DNA of 62,653 nt, filler included, from Stramenopiles sp. TOSAG23-2 (taxonomy: Eukaryota), in the NCBI GenBank assembly GCA_900128395.1. It is 8 parts of 8 records of this genome, joined end to end, with 100 filler letters (N's around TTAATTAATTAA, not from the genome) between each part and the next. Parts side by side here need not be neighbours in the genome. Positions count along the whole stretch, not along the records: positions 1 to 11,513 come from LT649924.1; 7 more parts are not named here. The stretch is one strand, 5' to 3'. Of the stretch, positions 1 through 11,400 are shown piece by piece; the stretch's first letter is position 1, and the number at the start of each line of letters is the position of its first letter. Below the pieces are notes generated by a model that saw only the letters and a list, made by a program, of their open reading frames with translations, had not been told where the DNA came from and made no database searches. The position numbers and the translations under genes were made by a program.

Positions 1-11
1 GTATCATATAC

Positions 12-1925
12 ATGGAAAACGTTGTGTTTCAAGGCAACACTGCGACAAATGCAAATGGTGGTGCGATATATTTTCATATAGCAGATGGTGATTGCGGTCT
101 ATTCAGTAATAAGATGGTAAATCAATCGACTATTTTAAAAAATAATGTTATTTTTTATGATAATGTTGCAAAATATGCAGGCGGTGCAATCTTCGCTGAA
201 TGGTGCAATATACCCAATGTTGGGATTGTGTTGCCATATCGTTTTGAACAAGATGACAACAACAACAACAACAACTTTGACATAGCAGTAAAACCAATCT
301 TTAATGGTGGAAATCGATTGACGTTTTCCAAAGGTTATGGTCCAAATAATGCAAGTATGGGTGTTAGACTTGTGAAAAAGAAAATGCCAACAAACGTGAA
401 ATTGAACAAACCGGTAACCTTTCAAATATATGTACATGATATATTTGGCCATGTTGTTACAAATACACCAAATGTACCAGATTTTGAAATCATTTATGAC
501 AATGCAGACCTAAATAAAGAGTTAAATAAATACCAACCAACTATTCGAGATGGTATTATAACATTGCATCAAACCATTGGGAATAGTGGCGATGCAAACA
601 CTCTGTCAACGTTAGAACCAGATATGAATATACAATTAAATATTTCATTAATTCAAGTCGATTCATCTTCGTCAAACAAAGTTACATCAACGATTCATGC
701 TCCGACTAAGTTTGTAGTCTTTCGGTTGACACACATGTTTCGTATATCTGCATGTGATAAAGGTTTTGAATGGAATGATGTGACCAGAAAATGTTTAGTT
801 GTTACTGATATTTCGCTTGTTGTTATTTTTGGAATGTTATTTGGATTGTGTTTATTAGTCTTTATTTTCATTTATGTGTCGAAAGAAAATAAAGAGTCAA
901 ATAAGAATAGCTTGCATCAAAAATCGAAGAAAATATACTTGGCGGTCCAGAAAAAATTAAAAGATAAATATTTTATGGAAATATTAATGTTAGTAAAAGG
1001 AATTGTAGGTTCTGCTGGGGCATTATCATTGGAATGGGGAAGTTACCTGTCTATATTTGAAGCCCCAAACGCGACAATAGAACTATATGGTCGATTTAAA
1101 TATCCGTTTTTAATTTGTTTAATTCTTTCAACAATAGTGAGTATATTTACGATTTTCGAATATTTCTTAATTGTTAAAAATAAAGTAGATAATATGAGAA
1201 ACGGAATACAAGTTAGTGAACATCTTATTGTTGGGAGAGGAAGAAGAAGGACCAGAAAACGGGCGGGCACTTATGACAACGGTCAAAAAGCTGCATCGGG
1301 CGATCTGCACGTAAATTTAGTTCATTTGACCTCAAAAATTAAACGTAGCATATTGGAAATTGCAAATTTAATTTTTCGTCGATTGCCGTTTCTTTCTGTG
1401 AAAATTTTAGTATTCTTTGAGATTGTTGAGAAATCATCAAATACACGGTGGTTATGTACGGACATTTTTATGTGCGATATGTGCCAAGTTGGAGTTGATG
1501 ATGAAGTAGTAGGAGCATCGTTATCCTCAACACATGGAGTAGACTGTGATATCAATGGTAGACAAATCCATCCATTATTATTTGGGAGTATTTTTCTTTC
1601 CACTTTTCAAGTTGGATTTGCATCAAGAGCAATTTTTATTGCATTTCAAACAAATTCAAAATTAAAATTAGTGAAAAAAAACATAGAATTAGTTAAGGTA
1701 CAAAGACGTTTATCGATAGCAGCTGGTATTGGTAAAAGTGAGATGGAAGCAATGGTATTTCACGACGATGCGGACGAGCAGGATGGTGAAGAATCTCGTA
1801 ACAATTTGAAGCAAGGTGTAAAGAAGCAAGCCAGACAAGCAGATTTATCTGGAGTAATAGAAATGCATTTAGATATAAATAATAATACAGGGCTTACGGA
1901 AAATCCAATGGTTTGTAAAAGTTAA
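12..1925 (+). CDS. Membrane protein with Pmp/pectin-lyase-like GGAI repeats and a multi-TM C-terminal region (probably 5'-partial)
   Basis: FQGNTATNANGGAIY and FYDNVAKYAGGAIF repeats; Cys-rich CDKGFEWNDVTRKC; several hydrophobic TM segments; begins at the window edge. Confidence 0.6.
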   Translation: MENVVFQGNTATNANGGAIYFHIADGDCGLFSNKMVNQSTILKNNVIFYDNVAKYAGGAIFAEWCNIPNVGIVLPYRFEQDDNNNNNNFDIAVKPIFNGGNRLTFSKGYGPNNASMGVRLVKKKMPTNVKLNKPVTFQIYVHDIFGHVVTNTPNVPDFEIIYDNADLNKELNKYQPTIRDGIITLHQTIGNSGDANTLSTLEPDMNIQLNISLIQVDSSSSNKVTSTIHAPTKFVVFRLTHMFRISACDKGFEWNDVTRKCLVVTDISLVVIFGMLFGLCLLVFIFIYVSKENKESNKNSLHQKSKKIYLAVQKKLKDKYFMEILMLVKGIVGSAGALSLEWGSYLSIFEAPNATIELYGRFKYPFLICLILSTIVSIFTIFEYFLIVKNKVDNMRNGIQVSEHLIVGRGRRRTRKRAGTYDNGQKAASGDLHVNLVHLTSKIKRSILEIANLIFRRLPFLSVKILVFFEIVEKSSNTRWLCTDIFMCDMCQVGVDDEVVGASLSSTHGVDCDINGRQIHPLLFGSIFLSTFQVGFASRAIFIAFQTNSKLKLVKKNIELVKVQRRLSIAAGIGKSEMEAMVFHDDADEQDGEESRNNLKQGVKKQARQADLSGVIEMHLDINNNTGLTENPMVCKS

Positions 1926-2061
1926 AAAAATAGATTAAATGTAAAAGTAAAAAAATATAAAAAAAGCATATTGTAATTAATAAATACCCATATCATACTG
2001 TATTTTTCGTAAAAATCTCAATAAAATCATTAGTGTATCTAGAGAAAATTAATTTTAGCTC

Positions 2062-4047
2062 TCACAAACGCGAAACCATCATATCATTAGTATCACCTTC
2101 TGTAGGTGTAAAATTTAATACAATATCACTACTGCCATTACTATAAAGATTCACAATTGTATTCATTACCTTGATAATCATTTCACAGACATACTCAGCT
2201 TCTTCTTTTGTTAGTACAATTGGATTTAGTAACAATCCATTCTCCGTAGTATTAATTGCAATTCGTGGTGTATTATCTAAATTAGCCAAACGATATGCTA
2301 AATATGAGCCAGGAGATGTAGGCATAATTTTCATTGGAGATCCATGATTAACACCATCACCATACAAGTTATTGTTATTATTTACATTTGTATGATCCAA
2401 GTTAAATTTAAAATGATTTAAATTGATAAAAATTAATTGATGCATATTTGGTTGAATATCTGTCATGTGCATCTCAAAACCAGTATTTACATTCAACTGA
2501 ATATATTTATTTAACAATTTATTTTCGGATTTGTTTAACAGCAAATTCATTTTTTCTATAAAAAATGTTGTAATCGCATTCACATTTTCCGGGTAATCAC
2601 CATCCTTCTTCAAAAACTCTTCCAATGCTGCAACTAAACCCACAATGCTTTCTTTACTAGTTTTCATCGGCCTCCCCACAGTTGTCTCATTTGGACATGC
2701 ATTTGCTCTTGATGCATTTATTAACCATGTCTTTCCAATCATAAAACCCGACGATTGTGGTCCACGAAGCATTTTCCCACCAGAAAATAAAACACAATCA
2801 ACATTATATTTATTTGTAAATATGTTTAAATTTGATACAGGTGGTAATCTTGCAGCAGCATCTACTATGACTGGGATATTTTTAATATATTGATTGTTAT
2901 GACATATTTGAACGACCTTATCAATTGATAATATATTTTTGCCACCACCACTAAAATATACAAATCCACAAATCATTTTTTTATATTTTTTAATAGCATT
3001 TATTAAATCCATTTCTGTCATTGGTTGCTTTACAGTACCAATTTCTAATATTTTTGCGCCAGTCAGTTCCATCGATTGGTTCCACCTTGTATCTGAACCA
3101 CCATCAATCAAAATTATATTATTTCTACTATGTTTCATCATATACAATTTTGGCAATGTTTTTATGATTTCAATATCATAACCATTTTCTTTACTTTCAT
3201 CTCGTGCTAAGCAACTTGCAACACTAAGTGCTAATCCGGCACTAGCACCAGTGGTAACATGAGCATCATATTCATTTGACGGATGAATATTACATAATGC
3301 TTTGATTTTCTCACCTGCTGCTACTAACAGCTCATTTAAATCAACAAATTTATTGGAAACTTCATACATAGCTTGTATGGCTTTTGGATGCAAGCGTGAA
3401 CCACCAAGTGAAGTAAAATGTCCACAGCAATTGACAACACTGTCGACCATTATCATGGAAGAAGATGCCAGTGCTGGTGAATTCAACGATGTATTATTTG
3501 TATTAGTATTCGTAGTATCATTGTTAATCTCATGATTCTCATCATCTGTTAAATAAAACTCAACAACAAGCTCAATTTCTACAGGTGTATGCATTGGTAA
3601 ACTGCCAACACCAATGGCTGAACGGACACCAACGCCATTTTCAGGTCCAAAAATTTCTTTCATCAATTCAGAATATCCATTTGCGACTGTAATTTGTTCG
3701 CTAAAATCTGGTATACAATTTACCATAACTAATGATTTAATAATTCTTTTTACACGATTCAACGTTCCATATTTATTTCTTAGTGTTGCCAATATACTTA
3801 GTCCAGTTTGCCTAGATGCAACGACAGCTTCATCTATTGACATATTTTTACCAACTTTACCTTTCATGAAAGATTTATCTGATAACATTGGTCCATGCCC
3901 AGAAACATATGAAATCACAGAAGTATGATTATTTAATGGACTAACATCAATAGTTGGTCGATAAACTCCAAATGGTTCAGGTGGTAGTGGTAATTCCAAT
4001 CCATGCTTTGTTAAATAATTCTTTAAATTCCTTTCAGCTGTTGTCAT
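2062..4047 (-). CDS. Fusion of a Rid/YjgF (Rid1-like) imine deaminase and a SelA/DgaE-like fold-type I PLP enzyme
   Basis: aa 1-165 carry YVSGHGP, RVKRIIK and RSAIGVGSLP..PVEIE (Rid Arg/Glu). An Asn/Thr linker follows. Then VVNCCGHFTSLGGS, VIVDAAA, FSGGK (PLP Lys)..GPQSSG and GRPMKTSKESIVGLVAALE (SelA/DgaE-like). Confidence 0.85.
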   Translation of the reverse strand: MTTAERNLKNYLTKHGLELPLPPEPFGVYRPTIDVSPLNNHTSVISYVSGHGPMLSDKSFMKGKVGKNMSIDEAVVASRQTGLSILATLRNKYGTLNRVKRIIKSLVMVNCIPDFSEQITVANGYSELMKEIFGPENGVGVRSAIGVGSLPMHTPVEIELVVEFYLTDDENHEINNDTTNTNTNNTSLNSPALASSSMIMVDSVVNCCGHFTSLGGSRLHPKAIQAMYEVSNKFVDLNELLVAAGEKIKALCNIHPSNEYDAHVTTGASAGLALSVASCLARDESKENGYDIEIIKTLPKLYMMKHSRNNIILIDGGSDTRWNQSMELTGAKILEIGTVKQPMTEMDLINAIKKYKKMICGFVYFSGGGKNILSIDKVVQICHNNQYIKNIPVIVDAAARLPPVSNLNIFTNKYNVDCVLFSGGKMLRGPQSSGFMIGKTWLINASRANACPNETTVGRPMKTSKESIVGLVAALEEFLKKDGDYPENVNAITTFFIEKMNLLLNKSENKLLNKYIQLNVNTGFEMHMTDIQPNMHQLIFINLNHFKFNLDHTNVNNNNNLYGDGVNHGSPMKIMPTSPGSYLAYRLANLDNTPRIAINTTENGLLLNPIVLTKEEAEYVCEMIIKVMNTIVNLYSNGSSDIVLNFTPTEGDTNDMMVSRL

Positions 4048-4399
4048 TTTGCTTTAAGAAAGTATTGTTTCATATACCATTGTAAATGTTTTCTTTTCAT
4101 TTTATAATATTGTACCTCTTGTATCTTATATATTTTTGTAATCATTCCTACCTGAAAAAAAAGAATTATATTATACGCGTGCGTCTATAATATATATTAA
4201 TAATATTTATTATGAATAACCCCTCCCCACTCCCCCCATCTAGATAAGAATATATAGAACCAAAACAAATATTTCAGGTTGAAAAAATAACGTTCGTATT
4301 GTAAAGAACAATATTTATGATTAGAAAGAAAAGTTAAAAGAAAATTTATAAAAGTATAGAATATAAATAATATAATATTTTGAAAAAAATAAAAATATA

Positions 4400-5716
4400 A
4401 TGCATCAATTATATTTTTTTAATTATAATAATAGGAATAATAATAATGTTCTATCAATATTTAATGTAATCATTTTCACAACTATGTTTCTTCTTATTTC
4501 CATGCCACCATCGACAAATGCATTGGATAACGGCGTGGGGAGAACACCGCCATTAGGATGGAATACATGGAAAACATGCGGGGAGAAGACATGTGGTCAT
4601 GATATATGTAATGAAGCAGAAATAAAATCAGTTGCAATAGCTATGAAAAATAATGGAATGTATGAGTTGGGATATAATTATGTAAATTTAGATGATTGCT
4701 GGGCATATCCACGGGACCCCAAAACACAACAATTAACTTGGGATCCATCACGCTTTCCAGATGGCTTGCCAAATTTAATTAAATGGCTTCATGGTGAAGG
4801 ATTTAAATTTGGTTTATATACCAGTGCTGGGAATGTCACATGTTCAAGTGGTGGTCGAACAATGCCTATACCTGGTTCAAAAGGACATTATGAACTTGAT
4901 GCAAAAACATTTGCTGAATGGGAAGTTGATTACGTAAAGCTTGATTGGTGTGGTGATATTAAAAAAGATTTAAAAGCTGGTAAACAAGCGCATTTGGACT
5001 TTGCAAAAGCAATGAATGAAAGCAAACGTGAAATGTTTTTAGAAGTTGTTGCTGGTTACTTTTTCCTATGGGGTGATGTTCCATCCGTTGCAAATAGTTG
5101 GAGATTTTGTACGGATCATCATGATGAATGGAAAAGTTCAAGTGTTCAATTAACCTGTCGTATTGATCAGAAGAAAAGTGTTTTGGGTAAACCTGGTGCA
5201 TGGCCATATATGGATTTCTTATTGACAGGTGGTGAAGGATGTAGTAAAAATGGTGTAATACATCCACATTGTCCAGGTCAAACAGATGATGAATATCGTA
5301 CAACATTTGCATTATGGTCAATCTCCCAATCACCGATGATAGTTGCGACGGATGTTCGGAATTTCACAGGTGCTATGTCAGAAACTATTTTAAATAAAGA
5401 TATTATCAAATTGCATCAATCAACTGAAACGCCACCAGGCGGTCATATTAAATATTGGGAATGTTCCGAATTATTAAGTTGTGAAGTATGGGGTAGAAAA
5501 ATAAATGCAAATGGTACGTCATGGATGGTAGCACTTGTTAATCGTGGTAAGAAATCGCATAAGATTACTGTGAAATGGTCTGATTTAGGTTTGAGTAATG
5601 ATGAAAATGGTAATATATATGATGTTTGGGGTCAAGCAAAAATTGGTAGTGCAAAAGGTAGTTATACTTCAGAAGTTGCATCACATGGTACAACGTTAAT
5701 ACGAGTTGATGTTTAA
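4400..5716 (+). CDS. GH27 alpha-galactosidase/alpha-N-acetylgalactosaminidase, secreted (true start may be a downstream Met)
   Basis: ALDNGVGRTPPLGWNTW, YVNLDDCW, DYVKLDWC (nucleophile), SWRFCTD (acid/base), C-terminal beta-sandwich; hydrophobic signal before the mature LDNG. Confidence 0.93.
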   Translation: MHQLYFFNYNNRNNNNVLSIFNVIIFTTMFLLISMPPSTNALDNGVGRTPPLGWNTWKTCGEKTCGHDICNEAEIKSVAIAMKNNGMYELGYNYVNLDDCWAYPRDPKTQQLTWDPSRFPDGLPNLIKWLHGEGFKFGLYTSAGNVTCSSGGRTMPIPGSKGHYELDAKTFAEWEVDYVKLDWCGDIKKDLKAGKQAHLDFAKAMNESKREMFLEVVAGYFFLWGDVPSVANSWRFCTDHHDEWKSSSVQLTCRIDQKKSVLGKPGAWPYMDFLLTGGEGCSKNGVIHPHCPGQTDDEYRTTFALWSISQSPMIVATDVRNFTGAMSETILNKDIIKLHQSTETPPGGHIKYWECSELLSCEVWGRKINANGTSWMVALVNRGKKSHKITVKWSDLGLSNDENGNIYDVWGQAKIGSAKGSYTSEVASHGTTLIRVDV

Positions 5717-6017
5717 AAAAACTTTTTATTATTACGTAGTAAACTTCGCCTTTTATAGTTATAATCATTGATAGTTGGGTTTCACTCAATTCATCAACGG
5801 AGATTAAATGTTCTGGAAAATTTGAAATGGTACACGTTGGATCTGTTGCTTTTACTACGACACTTTTTTTTAGTATGTGTTATTCTTTTCTTTTTTTACT
5901 CTTTTTATTCACACATGGTGTTTGGTAGATCTACTAGACCAATTTTTACTATACACATAGATTCTTGTTACTGCTCCTTTAAATTTCTAAAATTAGTTCG
6001 ATTGCAAATAATCAAAT

Positions 6018-6446
6018 TTATTCAGCTTGTTCTGGATGTTTACGCCAACATTCATCACCATAACGACACTTACCAGCCAAATAATTATTGCAAACTTCTT
6101 GGTTTTTTTCATTTATTTGTTCCTCTGTTAATGGCTTTCTTTGACGACGTCTACGACTTTTCTTTTTCGGAGTACCATCATCAGCATCAGCTTTTGGTTT
6201 CTTTTCACGTGGTTTCATGTTACCATCGGCATCAAAGCGATCGTCATCATCGCCATGTTTGAAACGACAACGATCACCGAAAGTGCATTCACCATTTTCT
6301 TGCCAGTTGAAGCAAGGACCACGTGGTGGATTTGGTATCTCTTCTCCTTCCGAATGTTCATATTTGCATTCGTCACCATAGCGACATTTACCTTTATTAC
6401 GAAATGCACGGCATATTTCGACTGCTTCTGCTTTTGCTTCGCTCAT
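6018..6446 (-). CDS. Small triple CCCH zinc-finger RNA-binding protein
   Basis: Three C-x7/8-C-x5-C-x3-H motifs (CRAFRNKGKCRYGDECKYEH, CFNWQENGECTFGDRCRFKH, CNNYLAGKCRYGDECWRKH) and a basic NLS-like stretch. Confidence 0.9.
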   Translation of the reverse strand: MSEAKAEAVEICRAFRNKGKCRYGDECKYEHSEGEEIPNPPRGPCFNWQENGECTFGDRCRFKHGDDDDRFDADGNMKPREKKPKADADDGTPKKKSRRRRQRKPLTEEQINEKNQEVCNNYLAGKCRYGDECWRKHPEQAE

Positions 6447-7226
6447 CTTTTGTTTTCACTTTCGATTTAGTTATATAAATAATTTAAAATTTTAATATTT
6501 GTTTGTTTAGTTACATCTATCTCTCTATCTCTCTGTCTCTATATTCTGTATAATATGTGTATATATATTTCTGTACAGTAGTATATGTATGGTATGTGTA
6601 TTATGGTTGATGATCGTATTTATTTAAAAAAAAACTAAAAAAAGAGTTTCTAGTTTTAAGGGTATGATATCTATAATATCTATAAATTGGATAAGATTCG
6701 TATTTACTGATGCGTTACGTAACTGTGTATAAATACATAGTATACATTATGTCACATATTTCCTTAATCGTTTACAGAAGGTGACGATACATTTTAACAT
6801 GCCATCAGTTGAACAAAAAAAAGTCTGTGGAATATTAATACAAATTTCCTCGGCTGGTCTTATAGTCTCGGCGTCTCTCTCTCGCGCGCCTCTTTTTTTC
6901 TTGCACTCTTCTTCTAGTGATGTGCTGATGATGTTCTGATGCTCAAGTTTCTTTTTTCTGTGTTTAGGTTAGCAGGTGAATACCATTATGTCAGAGAACA
7001 TTCACCACTCCTCTCCGTGATGATATATATCAATCAGGTCCATTCAAATTGCTAAATTGCTAAATTGCTACATGTAGCTGTACATTTTGATTCATTTGAT
7101 CCAAATCATCTACACCTCTCATCTCTCATCAGTGTGTGTGCGCGCGTGTATGTGTGTTATATTACAATCGAATTTATAAAGAAATACACGATGTACGGGA
7201 TATTTATGATGATCATATGATCAATA

Positions 7227-7751
7227 ATGAAACGAATGATCCCTATATACAAAAACGATAATAACAATAAAATGTCCAAGTCTTACCATCCTCCATCACC
7301 TGGAAAACTTAATTTACCAGATAAAAAAGGTTTTATGTCGTTACCAGCACCACCACCAATACCTCATATCATAACAAGTCCTTTATCCTCCCCAACCTCG
7401 TCAACATCGTCTTTTATTAGAAGCCCTTCAACATTGTACATTCGAAGAAGGCCAACAGAAACAGAGTCTGCGAAAAAATTATTACCATTGGAATGTTATG
7501 CTGTATGTCCCACGTTTACAAATACACCTATGATGAGGAATAATACTGGAGAAGCATTGATAGAACAATCAAAACAACAAGGTATAATTGCACCTAGTAC
7601 TGCTATAAGTGACGGAATGTTGTATTTAATTGATAATGAATCTAAAAATGGTAGTGTAATGCGATTTGATACTGAAAATAATGAAACAATTGCATCAATT
7701 GTACAATTTAGAAGATCCCCACCATTGCCAGCATTTTCAAGTAAAATGTAA
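7227..7751 (+). CDS. Hypothetical Pro/Ser-rich protein
   Basis: 174-aa ATG ORF with coding-like composition; no recognisable domain. Confidence 0.45.
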   Translation: MKRMIPIYKNDNNNKMSKSYHPPSPGKLNLPDKKGFMSLPAPPPIPHIITSPLSSPTSSTSSFIRSPSTLYIRRRPTETESAKKLLPLECYAVCPTFTNTPMMRNNTGEALIEQSKQQGIIAPSTAISDGMLYLIDNESKNGSVMRFDTENNETIASIVQFRRSPPLPAFSSKM

Positions 7752-7928
7752 AAAAAAATTAAATTGTTGTAAGTATACATATGATACATATGTTCATCAT
7801 TTATCCCCCACATGACATACATTATATGTTGTATATCCACGCGGTAGAACTTGAATCGTTCCTGTTATTAATACTTGTTCCACATGATGTCTTGTAAAAT
7901 TTGTTAGTATATGTTTTTTAACATGAAA

Positions 7929-8258
7929 GTAAGTTGTACATGTACGCATTGTGCATAGCAAACTATATTCTTGAGACGTTCTAAAACCGCAAAATTAATT
8001 GCCGATATTGGTGTGATAGCAGTATCGGGGTAGGGTTTCGTGCGTTTTTAGTCGCATTTCACTTCTAAAGCGCCCCGTCCTTACCCAACATTTCATCATA
8101 TACTGAAAAATATGATGTTCTCTCTATATAATATGCAAATCGAATATATACACACTTTTTCTCATAAACTTTTTCAACTTTTTGATTAAATAAAAAACAT
8201 CTTTTACTAACTTTTTTGGGTTATTTATACGGTGTATGATATCTGTGTATGATACAAA
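7929..8258 (+). other. Possible non-coding (3'UTR) intron hosting the snoRNA
   Basis: GTAAGT at 7929 (alternative donor at 7769), TACTAAC at 8205-8211, first downstream AG at 8257-8258. Confidence 0.4.
7940..8093 (+). ncRNA. Putative box H/ACA snoRNA (5' end approximate); 3' pocket predicted to guide the SSU rRNA Psi equivalent to human 18S Psi406
   Basis: H box ATAGCA at 8016-8021. Lower stem GGGTAGGG(8028-35)/CCTTACCC(8079-86). Pocket TTTCGT(8036-41)/CCCGT(8074-78). Upper stem 8042-51/8065-73. ACA at 8088-90, 14 nt below the pocket top, followed by TTT. Confidence 0.65.
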
Positions 8259-8429
8259 GTTCGGTAGAGAGTGTAATAATAAAATATACGCGCTCGTAAT
8301 TTTTACGTAGTAAAAAAGTGATTCGTAAAATTTTACAAATTCTTAATCATTTAAAATACGAGTATTTCGTACTTCGTACATGATAAAATTATATATGTTC
8401 CTCTCTCTCCCCAATCCCCCCGCAATCTC

Positions 8430-11400
8430 TCAATCAGTAAAATATTTTCTATTATTTACAAGTGGTGCAACTTTCATTAATCGCTTTTTTTCAGCAATTT
8501 TATCACACTGGTTTTTAATGATACCAATAGCTGTACCAACAACCAAAAGAGAAACTAAAACAATCAATGCATATGATGCAAATGTTAATTCATCTGATGT
8601 TACAGGACTTTCTGGTGGAGCCATTGGTCTTAATTGAATAAATTCACTATAATTTCCACCGCCTTGCCAATTCACAGCTTGTATCGTAACATTATATGGA
8701 ATTGAATTAACCAAATTTCTAACACGTATTGATGTTTTTGTATCAGTGGAATTGCCTAAAATAATACCATTGCCATCAAGAAAAACAATCAATAAATAAT
8801 ATAAAATATCACCACCACCATCCCACAATGGCTTATCATAATATACAATAAAACCACTATCTTCCACTGTACTAGTTCTTAAAATTGGACTTCCCGGTAT
8901 TTCAGCTGGCACGACACTATTTGATGCACTAGATAGGTAACTATCACCCGCCCAATTAGTTGCATACATTTTTACACTGTACGATATGCCATTGTCCAAT
9001 CCAACAAATTGAAACTTGGGTTCAACAGAATTGGTTAATATTGTTCCACGTGGTGATAGTATTGCTGTATATAACGTTATTGCTGCACCACCATTCCATG
9101 TTGGAATTGGTGCAGTGACGTCTAATGTTCGATCATCTGGTACAGCAACCAAATTGACCATTTGATTTGGGCGTTGTGCAGGTATAAAAGGTCCATAAAA
9201 AATTGTAGATGGTCCACATCCATATTTTGAACGGGCTGCCATAGATATATAATATGGCTCTCCATTCATCAAGTTAGTCATATTTAATATCAATGTATAA
9301 TTGATATTGTTTTGTTCAACTAAACTTTTTGTGTAATTGTCACATTCATTACACAATGGATTGTTACTATTATAATATCGACGATTATTGATATTTAAAG
9401 TAGATGATTTTGTATTAAAGTGACGCTTCCAACAATTTCCACTTTGTTGGAATTCGCAAGCATTTTGTCCAGTCGTTGCGACATATTCAATTACAGGTTG
9501 ATATGACGTTGTTGTATCAAGCGGTATAATTTCTATTTCTATATATGTATTTACCACATTAAAAGATTTAATGGATTGACTTGATGGGCTAGTTGGTTTG
9601 AAATTAAATAAATCAACCATGCCTGTATTTGCCTTATTATGCTGAACATTATTATTCAACTCCGCTCCGACGACAATCATATTATTGGAAAATTTCAAAG
9701 CACTGCCAAAACGATGATAATCAACCATTGTTGCATTTGAATGTGTAATTTTTTTCATCTTTACATACTGATTTTGTGCTCGATCATATGTATAAATATA
9801 TACACTTCCATTTTTACTAATATCACCAGTTGCACCAATTGCAACATTTTCCCCAAATCTTGAATGGGAAATTGACGCACCAAAATAATTATCTGTATCA
9901 CTTGCTGGTAAAATTATTTTCTGTTTTTCAATCCAAGATGATGACATATATACACGTTCATAATAATATACAGACCCAGGGTTCACACCACCTTTAATAT
10001 TATCATCATGATGTGCACCTATCAATAATTGATCATCATTATTAAGACTTACAGAAAATCCAAAAAAATCATTTGCAGCACCATCGTTTGGTGTAATTTT
10101 ATCTTTCAATACCCATGAAGTATTATTATTTAGCTCGTATATGTAAACACAACCTTGGTTCAGTTTACTTCCAACATTCTCCGCATCCGCGCCAATTACC
10201 ATAGTTTTACCAGATATACTAATGGATTTGCCAAAATGAATCGTAGCAGTTGTTTCATTTACAGTTAACGTTTGAAAATATGTAAATTGTGGATTGGTTG
10301 TATTTGTTATATTTAATTTATAAACATATACAGAGCCTGGAGAAGGTGATTTACCAAGTGATGCAACAGCAAGCCATTGTTGACCATCACTTCCAATTGC
10401 AGATCCGAAAAATTCTTGTTCTATTAATAGCGGGGAATATATTTTCTGATTTTCTATTATATTTATAGATGAAATTTCATTATTATATGTACCATCTGCT
10501 GAAGTTGATTTCAATTCATAATTTACTTTGAAAAAATATACAACACCAGTATTATATTGATTTGTATGGCCTGGTATATCATCATGCGTCGCAGATATGA
10601 AAATATATTCTTTATTAAAAATATGTACAGATGCACCATAATTGTCATTTTGTAATAACGAATCAACACCATTTGGTTTGACGGTATCAACTAATTCCCA
10701 TGTTCCATTTGTAAATGGTTTTCGTATATATAAAGAAGATGCACCACTATTTTGTATTGTATTTGATACACCATCGTTCTTGGCACCAATTAATAACAAT
10801 TCATTTCTTGATCGTATATCGCATCGTTTATGAACATTGCCGTGATTGTTATTATTATTATTACTCTCCTTGGAGTATTGAAAGGAAAAATAGTTGGAAT
10901 TATTATTACTACATAATGATTTTGATGTACAAGGTATGTTTGGTGCGTTAATATATGTATAATAATCTGTATAGTTGATACCATTCCAACAATATACATT
11001 TTCCACATTACTAACTGAACATATTTTATCTATTCTATTCCATTCGCACGATAATCTTTCTGTTGGTATACTGTTCTGTATTAAATTGGTTTTATTTGTT
11101 TCCAAACACATATCAAAACATGATTCTATATTTTTATTTGTTGTAATATTTAATATTATTTTTGAATTGATATTAGTATTCGTATTATTATTATTATTAT
11201 TACTTGAGTACGGGTTCGAAAGAATTCTACAACCTTGCTTGAAACAACTTGATCCACCATATGTTAGTAAATCTACAGCATTGCCAAAATATTCATTGCC
11301 ATATAATGTACCATCAGGTTCAAAACGTGTAGTTGGAAAATCTTGATTATATCTATCTATTATACCTGCTTGACAAGGTAATATTAATATTATGAAGCAA

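Noticed and set aside
2062-3450. True selenocysteine synthase SelA or a selenoprotein system
   Set aside because: It lacks the SelA N-terminal tRNA-binding region, its motifs fit DgaE-like homologues better, and no tRNA-Sec, SelB or SECIS is visible.
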